Sequence record: SRR16203515_5557
Length of the DNA: 42,722 nt
Strand: one strand, 5' to 3'
Within the stretch, counting starts at the first letter, position 1. Each line of letters opens with the position of its first letter. Below the pieces are notes generated by a model, which was not told the origin of the DNA, did not search any database, and was given only the letters and a program-made list of their open reading frames with translations. Below, one piece after another: positions 28,697-37,622 of this stretch. Made by a program: the position numbers and the translations under genes.

Positions 28697-29704
28697 TTAG
28701 GCCGTTAACACCCTGTTGCGGCCTGATGCCTTGGCTTTATACAAACACTCATCAGCTTTTTTAAGAGACTGGGACAAGGTTAACCCCGCGCTACACTTAA
28801 CGACCCCCGCGCTAAATCGTATGCGTATAATATTGCCGTGATAATTAAACGATTTTTCTGTGACGGCGGTTTTTATTGCTTCCACCTGCACCACGCCTTG
28901 CTCAAGACCACCATCGAGTAACAGTACAAACTCCTCGCCCCCTAAGCGATAAATCTGCAAATCAGGAAGGTGAGCTTTAAATATTAAGGCTAATTCCACC
29001 AAGATAAAATCGCCGGCGTCATGACCGAAATTGTCGTTAATTGCCTTAAAGTAATCGATATCTAAAATGGCAAGGCAGAACTCGCTGTCATCTTTGAGCT
29101 TCTGAGGATAACGGATACCTAGCGCCTTACGATTAAAGGTATTGGTCAGTGAGTCGGTTAACGCCAGTACCGTCAGTTCTTTTTCGCTTTTTGCCCGCAT
29201 TCGTTCATAGGCATTCGCGACTCCCATGATAAAAAGGTAGGGCGCAATATAATCCAATAGCTTTGGCTCCCAGTTTACAATGTCGCCATTTAGCCCATGA
29301 TAAACGAATATGCCGGTACTAATGGCAAGCACTAAGCTACATACTAAGAGGCTGTGCACACTACCAAGTAATAAAAACGCCATAATAGGCACGGAGAAAA
29401 ACCATTGAATAACCGTGTTGCCCGGCGGGAATTGATTGTAGATAAACACCAATAAGCCTGCGTAGGCATAGATAACCGCAAACTTATGCCAAGATTGATG
29501 GTTAAATCGCAGGGTGTGGTATGTGATAAAGCCAAAAACCAGCACAAACACGCCCTGTGAAATCACAGCGAGGCGTTTTGCTTCAGTATAAAAGGCAAGA
29601 TTAAACATCGCGGTCAGTAGCGCGCCTACGGTGAGACAAACGCTCATCAACAGCAAAAGACGCCGCTGAATGGTGGCGGTGTTGACGTTGTCAGTAAACT
29701 TCAT
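28697..29704 (-). CDS. Membrane diguanylate cyclase (GGEEF, no RxxD I-site)
   Basis: Multi-TM N-terminus; TDSLT, DIDYFKAINDNFGHDAGD, RLGGEEF, AKASGRNRV. Confidence 0.92.
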   Translation of the reverse strand: MKFTDNVNTATIQRRLLLLMSVCLTVGALLTAMFNLAFYTEAKRLAVISQGVFVLVFGFITYHTLRFNHQSWHKFAVIYAYAGLLVFIYNQFPPGNTVIQWFFSVPIMAFLLLGSVHSLLVCSLVLAISTGIFVYHGLNGDIVNWEPKLLDYIAPYLFIMGVANAYERMRAKSEKELTVLALTDSLTNTFNRKALGIRYPQKLKDDSEFCLAILDIDYFKAINDNFGHDAGDFILVELALIFKAHLPDLQIYRLGGEEFVLLLDGGLEQGVVQVEAIKTAVTEKSFNYHGNIIRIRFSAGVVKCSAGLTLSQSLKKADECLYKAKASGRNRVLTA

Positions 29705-30113
29705 TTATGACATAGGTGGGGGAAAATTTGCCGCAAATTATCATTTTTTCACCCATTCAGCACTGAAAAACTAACCACCCTTGCGCATGCGATTCGCTTT
29801 CCATTTGATTTATCGAGACTTTTCCTCCTAGCTCCTAGACGAAAGAACAAGGTTCTGCTGTGTTCCATACGCTGTTCATGCCTCCTTTACCACAATTTAT
29901 AGGTAATCCCGCCAGAGGGTTCCGTTTCACCGCTAATGCCTGTATTAACAAAACCTGTCAATCAGACGTACCTTGCGAGTGTGTGTTCACTATCGCAGGC
30001 TTGTCACTTAACCCGTACTTACTGACTATAGACTATAGTTGAAGGGGGTTTCCATAGTAATTGCTGCCGGGAAGGAATATCATTGTATTGCAAACATCAC
30101 AAGGATAGAAACC

Positions 30114-31163
30114 GTGAGTTTCTGGTACAAAACATTCTCTCAATATCCTGAAAATCACCGTGATTATTGGCGGGTCAAGCTGGTTCTGCATTGCCTACTT
30201 ATTGCCACCGCTGTGCCTTTCGTTTTATGCCTCATCAACCTTGTGGCGTTTAATGATTACAAGCTGGCGCTGTTCGATTTCATCGTGGGCTCACTCAGTT
30301 TAGCGGCCTACGCTTGGTTTCGACATTCGGCGAATATCCGACTCGCTTCTCAACTGCTGTCTGTGTTGATCACCTTTATGGTGTCTCTATTTATCTATAT
30401 GTCTGGCGGCTACGCCAATTCTATATTTTGGGCAGCTATCGTGCCCCCTATTACCTTTTTCTTAATGGGACGATTGTGGGGCACCCTGCTTACCGGTTGC
30501 GCGTTTTCGGTCTGTATTTATACCCTATACCATCAAATCGGCGTGCCTTTCCCTAAAACACCCGGCATGGGGTCATTATTAAACGTGGTAGAGTCCTCGT
30601 TGATCATTATTCTATTGTTTCGCTTTTACGAAGGCACCCGTTCGCAAGCCTATAAACAGCTGCAACAACATAACAAACTGGTCAGCCATCTGGCAGAAAC
30701 CGACCATTTAACCGGGCTTTATAACCGCGAAAAGTTTGACCAAGAACTTGATCAACGCTGCCAAACTCATCATGCTCAAGATGCTACGAGCTTATTATTG
30801 GTGGATGTGGATCATTTTAAAAAGATTAACGATAGTTATGGGCATTTGCGCGGTGATGAAGTACTGAAAGCCCTAGCCAATAAACTGACCAGCTTGGTTC
30901 GAACGAGTGATATCGTAGCGCGTTGGGGCGGTGAAGAATTTGCTATATTGCTCCCTAACACAGATGAAGGGTTAGCATTGACCTTAGCCGAACGCTTGCG
31001 CAGTGAAGTAAGCTCCAGTGATACGGCGGGCCTGCAAATAAGCATTAGTATCGGTTTAGTAACCTCATCAGAAGTTACCCAGTCAGCGCAACTGCTGCAG
31101 CAAGCCGACAATGCGCTGTACCGTGCCAAAGCAAACGGACGTAATTGCGTTAACGTTGCCTAA
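30114..31163 (+). CDS. Membrane diguanylate cyclase (GGEEF, RTSD I-site)
   Basis: Probable GTG start at 30114 after AGGA (ORF track starts at 30039); TM helices; DVDHFKKINDSYGH, RWGGEEF. Confidence 0.92.
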   Translation: MSFWYKTFSQYPENHRDYWRVKLVLHCLLIATAVPFVLCLINLVAFNDYKLALFDFIVGSLSLAAYAWFRHSANIRLASQLLSVLITFMVSLFIYMSGGYANSIFWAAIVPPITFFLMGRLWGTLLTGCAFSVCIYTLYHQIGVPFPKTPGMGSLLNVVESSLIIILLFRFYEGTRSQAYKQLQQHNKLVSHLAETDHLTGLYNREKFDQELDQRCQTHHAQDATSLLLVDVDHFKKINDSYGHLRGDEVLKALANKLTSLVRTSDIVARWGGEEFAILLPNTDEGLALTLAERLRSEVSSSDTAGLQISISIGLVTSSEVTQSAQLLQQADNALYRAKANGRNCVNVA

Positions 31164-31182
31164 TCCATTTAGCGCTAAGACG

Positions 31183-31887
31183 TTACGCGGCACCTTGGAT
31201 AATGGCTTGGTTCTTCCCCTGATTTTTCGCTTTGTAAAGTTGCTTATCCGCCTCGGAAAACGCTGATGAAAAGGAGGTTTGGCTGGGTTCTTTTTCATAT
31301 CCGCCTAAGCTTATGGTAGCACATACCGCTACCCCGTCAGGCGTCACAAATGGAGCTTCGTCCACCGCATTAACCAGTCTTCCTGCAATTTTTTTGGCCA
31401 GCTTTTTATCGGCACGAGGGAGATAAATAACAAATTCCTCACCGCCAAAACGCCCGATTAGATCGGACTCCCGCAGACGAGTTTTCAGGATAGCTGCCAC
31501 ATGTTTAAGTACATCATCACCCACACCGTGACCATAGGTATCATTAATTAACTTAAAATCGTCAATATCAATAATAAAGTAAAACCCGTTCGTCTTAGTA
31601 TAATCATCTAGCTCTCTATCTAGTCCTCTGCGATTCCAAACTTTGGTCAAGGGGTCGATGTCCGCAATTTCCCGAGCACGCTTAAGCTCAGATTTGGCTT
31701 TATTGGCACTCATTGAAACAAAGGTGAGTAATGCCAAGAAAAAGAGCAGATTAGATATGAGCACCACAGATGCTTCCATCAGGGGCCTCGCCATAGATTC
31801 GAAATCAGCCGCTGGGTTCCCGTAAGCACGTGTCGCTACTATTGAGAGCAAAAAAATAATAGACGCTCGTAGATTACCCTTTCCCAT
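31183..31887 (-). CDS. Diguanylate cyclase with a short hydrophobic N-terminus (GGEEF, RESD I-site)
   Basis: DPLTKVWNRRG, DIDDFKLINDTYGHGVGD, RFGGEEF; GGAGG RBS before the ATG at 31887. Confidence 0.88.
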   Translation of the reverse strand: MGKGNLRASIIFLLSIVATRAYGNPAADFESMARPLMEASVVLISNLLFFLALLTFVSMSANKAKSELKRAREIADIDPLTKVWNRRGLDRELDDYTKTNGFYFIIDIDDFKLINDTYGHGVGDDVLKHVAAILKTRLRESDLIGRFGGEEFVIYLPRADKKLAKKIAGRLVNAVDEAPFVTPDGVAVCATISLGGYEKEPSQTSFSSAFSEADKQLYKAKNQGKNQAIIQGAA

Positions 31888-32413
31888 TGGCCCCTCCAGT
31901 ATACGTTGCGCAGAGTACTAAGGTGAGTAGCGAGAAATAAAGCAAGCTGTACACCCCCGAGCTAAGAAAAGGACCGAACAACAACTCGTGTGTTGTGTAA
32001 GAGAGCAGAAGCTTTGCCACCAGCACATGGAGTAAACCCATGCCTAATGACAATAGTGAAAACTGTAAGCGGGTAATTTTTAGAATATAACGATGCACTA
32101 TCATTAGCCCTAGCGTAAAAACAAGCACCGAAAAAATACTGTAGCCATGTATAAAACGCGTGATACTAATAGGGGTATCAGCAAGCTGGTAGCTCGCTAA
32201 CCAAAATTCAGGCAGCTGTACAATACTAAAAAGGTCTATCGATTTAAGATAGTGAAATAGCACGTCGTTGGGCACTGAAAAGGTATTTTCTGTATCCCAA
32301 TTAAAAATAAATACAATCAACATCGCCGAAAGCAACAGCAGCACAAAGCTGATGACCATAAGAACGTGCTTTAACACTGTATGATTACACGCGGAAAGTG
32401 AAATTGACTGCAT
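31874..32413 (-). CDS. Hypothetical integral membrane protein (possibly the detached sensor of the adjacent DGC)
   Basis: 179 aa with about 4 hydrophobic segments; overlaps the DGC start by 14 bp. Confidence 0.6.
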   Translation of the reverse strand: MQSISLSACNHTVLKHVLMVISFVLLLLSAMLIVFIFNWDTENTFSVPNDVLFHYLKSIDLFSIVQLPEFWLASYQLADTPISITRFIHGYSIFSVLVFTLGLMIVHRYILKITRLQFSLLSLGMGLLHVLVAKLLLSYTTHELLFGPFLSSGVYSLLYFSLLTLVLCATYTGGANGKG

Positions 32414-32441
32414 GGTAGCGCGACATGAACCTGTTTCAGCA

Positions 32442-32467
32442 AAGGTTTGAAGCGCGCTTCAAACCTT
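32442..32467. repeat. Perfect 26-bp palindrome
   Basis: AAGGTTTGAAGCGCGCTTCAAACCTT equals its own reverse complement. Confidence 0.9.
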
Positions 32468-32655
32468 GTTTATAGCCATTTAAGGGATAATGACACTTTT
32501 AGCATACTTCCCGGCTAATGCCAACGCGGTATCCTTTCACGCGCACAGCACTTAAGGGAAAAAGCAAGAAGCGAATGAACTGCCTGAACTGCAACGAAGA
32601 CAAAGTGATAACTCAGCCCCTTAACTTTATCGTGCACATTCATATGATTGTTTAA

Positions 32656-33864
32656 TTAAACCACTTGGCCGGCTGCCCAGCCGCTACTCCACGCCCACTG
32701 AAAATTAAAGCCCCCTAGCCAACCGGTCACATCCACCACTTCACCGATGAAATATAAGCCTTCAACATTTTTGGCCATCATGGTTTTTGACGACAGTTCG
32801 TTGGTATCTACCCCGCCAAGGGTTACTTCGGCGGTGCGGTACCCTTCGGTGCCATTAGGTTTTACCTGCCACTGTTCAAGGGTGTGGGCAATGGCGTCGC
32901 ATTCACTGTGAGACAGTTGCTTAACCGGCACATTACGCCATTGGTTAAGCTCGATGAAGCTTTGCACCATGCGTTTAGCAAAAACCTTGTTTAAGCAGGT
33001 AGCCAGTAGTGCATCGGGTGTATCCTTACGGGCACTGTTTATTAACTCATGGGCATCATGGTTGGGCATGGTATTAATGGTCAGCGTATCCCCTGCTTCC
33101 CAATAGCTGGATATTTGCAGCATGGCAGGGCCGCTTAACCCTCGGTGGGTAAACAGCATGGCTTCTTTAAAGGTGGTGTGGTTACATTCGGCGTACACAT
33201 CTACCGCAATACCACTGAGTTCCGCTAAGGTTTGTTTGTCTTTTTCATGCAGCGTAAAAGGCACAAGCGCAGCGCGAGTTGGCAACACCTTTAAACCAAA
33301 TTGCTCAGCGACCTTGTAGCCAAAGGGGGTAGCGCCAAGTTTCGGCATACTTAGCCCTCCAGTGGCAATCACTAAAGACTCACATTCATATTCGCCGGTA
33401 GAAGTAGACAGCGTATAGCCATTTGGCTGTTTTTCGATATTGAGTATTTCACAACGTGTGGTTAGGGTTACCCCCGCTTTTTCGCACTCGTTTAATAGCA
33501 AATTCACAATATCTTTCGCGCTATCATCACAAAATAGCTGACCTAAGGTCTTCTCGTGATAGGCAATACCATGCTCAGCCACTAAACCAATGAAGTCCCA
33601 TTGGGTATAACGACTGAGTGCCGACTTACAAAAGTGTGGGTTTTCCGATAGAAAGTTTTCCGGTCCGGCATACATGTTGGTGAAGTTACAGCGTCCACCG
33701 CCCGACATAAGGATTTTGCGGCCCACCTTCTTGGCATGATCAAGTACGGTTACGCTGCGCCCTCTTGCGCCCGCTTGGGCAGCACAAAAAAGCCCGGCGG
33801 CCCCGGCACCAATTACTATCACATCGCGCTTATTCACTAACCCTTCACCCTCGTTTGTCGCCAT
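32656..33864 (-). CDS. yhiN: HI0933/YhiN/BaiN-family flavoprotein oxidoreductase
   Basis: VIGAGAAG, GRKILMSGGGRCNFTN, LFTHRGLSGP, AEVTLGGV, GGFNFQWAWSSG. The start may be the GTG at 33837. Confidence 0.93.
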   Translation of the reverse strand: MATNEGEGLVNKRDVIVIGAGAAGLFCAAQAGARGRSVTVLDHAKKVGRKILMSGGGRCNFTNMYAGPENFLSENPHFCKSALSRYTQWDFIGLVAEHGIAYHEKTLGQLFCDDSAKDIVNLLLNECEKAGVTLTTRCEILNIEKQPNGYTLSTSTGEYECESLVIATGGLSMPKLGATPFGYKVAEQFGLKVLPTRAALVPFTLHEKDKQTLAELSGIAVDVYAECNHTTFKEAMLFTHRGLSGPAMLQISSYWEAGDTLTINTMPNHDAHELINSARKDTPDALLATCLNKVFAKRMVQSFIELNQWRNVPVKQLSHSECDAIAHTLEQWQVKPNGTEGYRTAEVTLGGVDTNELSSKTMMAKNVEGLYFIGEVVDVTGWLGGFNFQWAWSSGWAAGQVV

Positions 33865-33983
33865 TAGCCCATGCCCTTATAAACTGGCATGGGTTGCGTG
33901 CCTTTTTGTGTGGCGGAATTATACGTTAATAGTGGATAGGCTCAACGCTCGGGTGTGGCTTAGCGTAAATTTAATCTGGCGAA

Positions 33984-34014
33984 AGGCGCAGCGCTCTCAT
34001 TTGGTGCTGCGCCT
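33984..34014 (-). terminator. Probable terminator of the iron ABC operon
   Basis: On the minus strand, stem AGGCGCAGC...GCTGCGCCT followed by a short T-run, 13 bp after the ATPase stop. Confidence 0.55.
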
Positions 34015-34027
34015 GCCAATGGCAAGG

Positions 34028-35062
34028 CTAGCCCTCGCGGGGGAAAACCGCTAATGGGTGGGTGGTAATGAGTTGCATATTAGCTCGAGCGCCGGGCTTG
34101 ATGGCGTTTTCATGGCTTACACGCACTTTTAACTGACTGCCGTTGTCCAAGGTAACAGCATATAACCGGCTTTCCCCTTCGTAACGCACCCAGTCTACGG
34201 TACCGTTTGGCTCGGGATGCTCCGCATCTAGGCTTAAATCATCGGGGCGCACCAATAGATCGACTTCGCCGTTAGCGTTTTGCAGCGGCGTGCCAGGTAC
34301 ATCACCAATATCGGTTACCACTGTGTGGTGAGGATTGGCCTCACTGTTATCGAAGGTTGCACTAAGAAAGCTGGCTTCGCCCATAAAGCGCGCCACAAAG
34401 CGGCTAGCGGGGGTGGAATAACAGGCTTCTGGAGTATCGAGTTGCTCAAGTTTACCTTTATTCAAAATACCCACCCGATCGCCCACGCTTAAGGCTTCCT
34501 CCTGATCATGGGTAACCCAGATAGCCGGCACACCGGCCTTTTTCAGGGCATCGCGAATTTCCCAGCGCAGGCTATCTTTCAATGCCGCGTCTAAGTTGGA
34601 TAAGGGTTCATCAAGTAAGACAAAGGCCGGTTCGTGGGCAAGGGTTCTAGCCAAAGCTACCCGTTGTTTCTGTCCGCCAGATAGTCGTGCAGGTTTGGCA
34701 TCACGAAAATTCTCTAACCCAAGTAAGCTAAGCCAATGATCGGCCAAAGCGGTATCTTTTAATCGAAAGCTCACATTTTGTTGCACGGTAAGGTGAGGAA
34801 ATAATGCAAAATCCTGAAATACCATACCCACATTACGCTTTTCAGGGGGCACATGCTTTTTCGCGCTGGCATGCCAACCGCCAAGGGTAATGCTTCCTTC
34901 CGATAACGGGATAAGCCCAGCTAAGGCTTGTAAAATAGTGGTTTTACCGCAGCCTGTGGGCCCCACCAGCATTAGGATCTCATCCTGCCCAAGTTCAAGG
35001 TTTAACTTGTCGACAACGCGGGTAGCCCCATAATTCACTGACAAATTACTTACACTTAGCAT
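34028..35062 (-). CDS. ABC transporter ATPase, FbpC/PotA-like
   Basis: GPTGCGKT, VFQDFALFPH, LSGGQKQR, LLDEP, VTHDQEEA, C-terminal TOBE-like region. Confidence 0.93.
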   Translation of the reverse strand: MLSVSNLSVNYGATRVVDKLNLELGQDEILMLVGPTGCGKTTILQALAGLIPLSEGSITLGGWHASAKKHVPPEKRNVGMVFQDFALFPHLTVQQNVSFRLKDTALADHWLSLLGLENFRDAKPARLSGGQKQRVALARTLAHEPAFVLLDEPLSNLDAALKDSLRWEIRDALKKAGVPAIWVTHDQEEALSVGDRVGILNKGKLEQLDTPEACYSTPASRFVARFMGEASFLSATFDNSEANPHHTVVTDIGDVPGTPLQNANGEVDLLVRPDDLSLDAEHPEPNGTVDWVRYEGESRLYAVTLDNGSQLKVRVSHENAIKPGARANMQLITTHPLAVFPREG

Positions 35063-36582
35063 TATGAACGATCATCCTCAGTTACGGAAAATTGGGCTTT
35101 GCGTTCACCCGATAGCATTAGAATTAAACCCACACCGGATAACAAAACCAGTAACAGCCCTGGTACCGCAGCGCGGCCAAAATAACCTGCCTCGTACACC
35201 CGCCACATATAGGTGGCTAGGGTTTCAAACCCTGTCGGGCCTAGCATTAGGGTGGCTGGCAGTTCACGCATGGCCTCAAGAAATACCAATGCAGCGCCGG
35301 CTATCATACCACGAAGTGTCAGCGGCAATGTAATACGAACAAAGGCTTCACGTGGACTTGCTCCTAGCACCCGAGCGGCTTTTACTAACCCGGAATCAAT
35401 ATTTTCTGCGGTACTGCGCACACTGCCCACGGCCAGCGGAATAAAGCGCAATACATAAGCCATCACCAATAGGCTCAGGGTTTGGTATAACACGGGCAGT
35501 TGTAAGCCGACATAGACCAAGGCGGTACCCATAACGATACCGGGTACGCCAAAGCCAAAGTAGGTAATGCGTTCCATCAGGCGTCCGGCTTTGCCTGCAA
35601 TAGCGGCATGGGCCACGGGTATGGCTAGCAAAACCGCCACTATGGCAGCGAGGAAAGAAGCATGAGCAGAGTTCCATGCATAACTAAAATCAAAGCCCCC
35701 TGTGCCTTCCCTTACCAACCATAAGGTAAATACCGCTAGAGGCAATACGATGGCCATTAACACCACAGGGAGCGCCGCTAACAGCATCAGATTGGCCTGC
35801 CAACGAGCAGGAAACAAGGATAAGTGCCGTCCCGGCCGCTCTGTGGCGCCACCAATACGGCTTTCAATAAATAAGATAAGCCCAACAATCACCATCAACT
35901 GCAAGCTCAACATGGCAGCTTGGCTTAAACCAAAGGCGTTATACTCAACAAAAATTACCCGGGTAAAGGTATCAAAGCCCATAATGGCCGGCGTACCAAA
36001 GTCAGATAAGGCATACAACGCCGCCAGCAGTGCCCCCGCCGCTATGCTATTCATCACTCGAGGCAACACCACCCGCCAAAGGCTTGCACCTAGCGATACC
36101 CCAAGGGTTCGCGCGGCGTTAACTAAGCTAGCGTCTAAGCTAAGTAGACTAGAACGGGTGGTCATCATCACAAAAGGGTAGGTATATAAACTCATGACCA
36201 AGGCAGAGCCCCACAAGCCACTAATAGGGGGGGTAGTTATGCCCAGCACATTTTCAATTTCGCCGCCGCGGCCAAATGAAAAGTACATGGCAAAAGCACC
36301 AATATAGCTAGGTAATGCCAAGGGCGCGGCCAATACAATAAGCCAAAAACGTTTAAAAGGTAGCTGCACATAGGCAGTAAACAGCGCCATAGGAACGCCA
36401 ATCAGAACCGAGCCGATAATGGTAAGTACCATCAAGGCCACCGTGTTACCCAATACCCGCAGGTTATGGGTATCAAACAACTGTGCACTATCTTGGGCTA
36501 AAGAAAACAAAACGCCGACGGGCAATAAAGCCATCAGCGCAATAATCAGTGCCAGGGGGTACGACTTTGGCCAATTTGTCAC
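35062..36582 (-). CDS. Fe3+ ABC transporter permease, FbpB-like
   Basis: Two permease repeats (LVNAARTLG, LVKAARVLG); LYALSDFGTP, MRELPATLML. Confidence 0.92.
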   Translation of the reverse strand: MTNWPKSYPLALIIALMALLPVGVLFSLAQDSAQLFDTHNLRVLGNTVALMVLTIIGSVLIGVPMALFTAYVQLPFKRFWLIVLAAPLALPSYIGAFAMYFSFGRGGEIENVLGITTPPISGLWGSALVMSLYTYPFVMMTTRSSLLSLDASLVNAARTLGVSLGASLWRVVLPRVMNSIAAGALLAALYALSDFGTPAIMGFDTFTRVIFVEYNAFGLSQAAMLSLQLMVIVGLILFIESRIGGATERPGRHLSLFPARWQANLMLLAALPVVLMAIVLPLAVFTLWLVREGTGGFDFSYAWNSAHASFLAAIVAVLLAIPVAHAAIAGKAGRLMERITYFGFGVPGIVMGTALVYVGLQLPVLYQTLSLLVMAYVLRFIPLAVGSVRSTAENIDSGLVKAARVLGASPREAFVRITLPLTLRGMIAGAALVFLEAMRELPATLMLGPTGFETLATYMWRVYEAGYFGRAAVPGLLLVLLSGVGLILMLSGERKAQFSVTEDDRS

Positions 36583-37613
36583 AGTACGCCAACATCCCTC
36601 ATTAGGTTAAGGGTAGGACGTAGGTCGGCCAATTTACGCAAATCTAATTGCGGAGGCGATAGCGTAGATAAGTCTGCCAGCCCTTGTGGCTGGGGCACAT
36701 CATTGACCAAGGGTATTTCGTAGGCTTCCCGGGCCAAGTAGCTTTGTACTTCATGGGTGAGCAGGTAACGAATAAAGTTAACCGGTAAATCACCCTCGCT
36801 TAAGGCCACAATGCCAGAGGCATTAACCAAACACCCGGCATCATTATTGGTGTACGCTAAGGCCACATTGGCATCAGGTTTACCGGCTTTTAAGCGTAAG
36901 GTGTAATAGTGATTTGCAAAGCCAACATCTACTTCACCACGCTCTACCCCCATTACCACACCTAACTCACCGGCGTATTTTTTGGCATTGCGGTTTATCC
37001 CTTTCAGCCAAGCTCTGGTGGCTTTCTCGCCTTCTAACAGACGCATTGCGGTGACAAAAGACTGAAATGAGGAATAGGCAGGGGCCCAACCTATTTTTAA
37101 GTCACTGTCGGCCAATGCCATTACACTATCTGGAATTTGCTCGGGGTTCACTCGCTCCGTGTTGTACGGCAGGGTACGCACACGCCCGGTAACCGGCGAC
37201 CAACTGTCATACTGAAACCCTTGCTTCAATTGTGTGGTGAGGTCGGCAGGTAAAGGCTTAGCGGCGCCAGAGTCGGTAACCATACCAATAGAGCCGGTAT
37301 CAACGGCCCAGAATAAATCGGCACGTTTCACCCCTGCTTTGGTCTCAGCCACTATGGTGTTAGCCAACGCGGCAGAGCCACCGCGTCTGATTTTAAGATT
37401 TAATTTAGGGTTACGCTTTTTAATTGCATCGAGAACATTTTCATACAAACCGCCTTCACCACGCCCAAGATAAAGGGTGAGATCCCCTTCTAATTTAGGC
37501 AGTGACTCCACCGACACACTGGCCGCTTGGCTGAGGGTATGGGCAAACCCTAGCGGAATACTCCCTAGCGCTCCGGCGGCGGCTAAGCCTTGTAAAAATA
37601 ATCTTCGTTGCAT
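36579..37613 (-). CDS. Fe3+ ABC substrate-binding protein, FbpA/FutA-like, with a Tat signal
   Basis: MQRRLFL twin-arginine signal; ADLFW, RVRTLPYN, ANHYY (tandem Tyr iron ligands), YEIPL. Confidence 0.88.
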   Translation of the reverse strand: MQRRLFLQGLAAAGALGSIPLGFAHTLSQAASVSVESLPKLEGDLTLYLGRGEGGLYENVLDAIKKRNPKLNLKIRRGGSAALANTIVAETKAGVKRADLFWAVDTGSIGMVTDSGAAKPLPADLTTQLKQGFQYDSWSPVTGRVRTLPYNTERVNPEQIPDSVMALADSDLKIGWAPAYSSFQSFVTAMRLLEGEKATRAWLKGINRNAKKYAGELGVVMGVERGEVDVGFANHYYTLRLKAGKPDANVALAYTNNDAGCLVNASGIVALSEGDLPVNFIRYLLTHEVQSYLAREAYEIPLVNDVPQPQGLADLSTLSPPQLDLRKLADLRPTLNLMRDVGVL

Positions 37614-37622
37614 AAAGGTTCC

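Noticed and set aside
29860-30042. 60-aa ORF between the divergent DGC genes
   Set aside because: GTG start without a clear RBS and no motifs; more likely promoter DNA.
35702-36181. Long antisense ORFs (this 159-aa one, also 20241-20666 and 22620-22958)
   Set aside because: Shadow frames opposite well-supported transporter genes.
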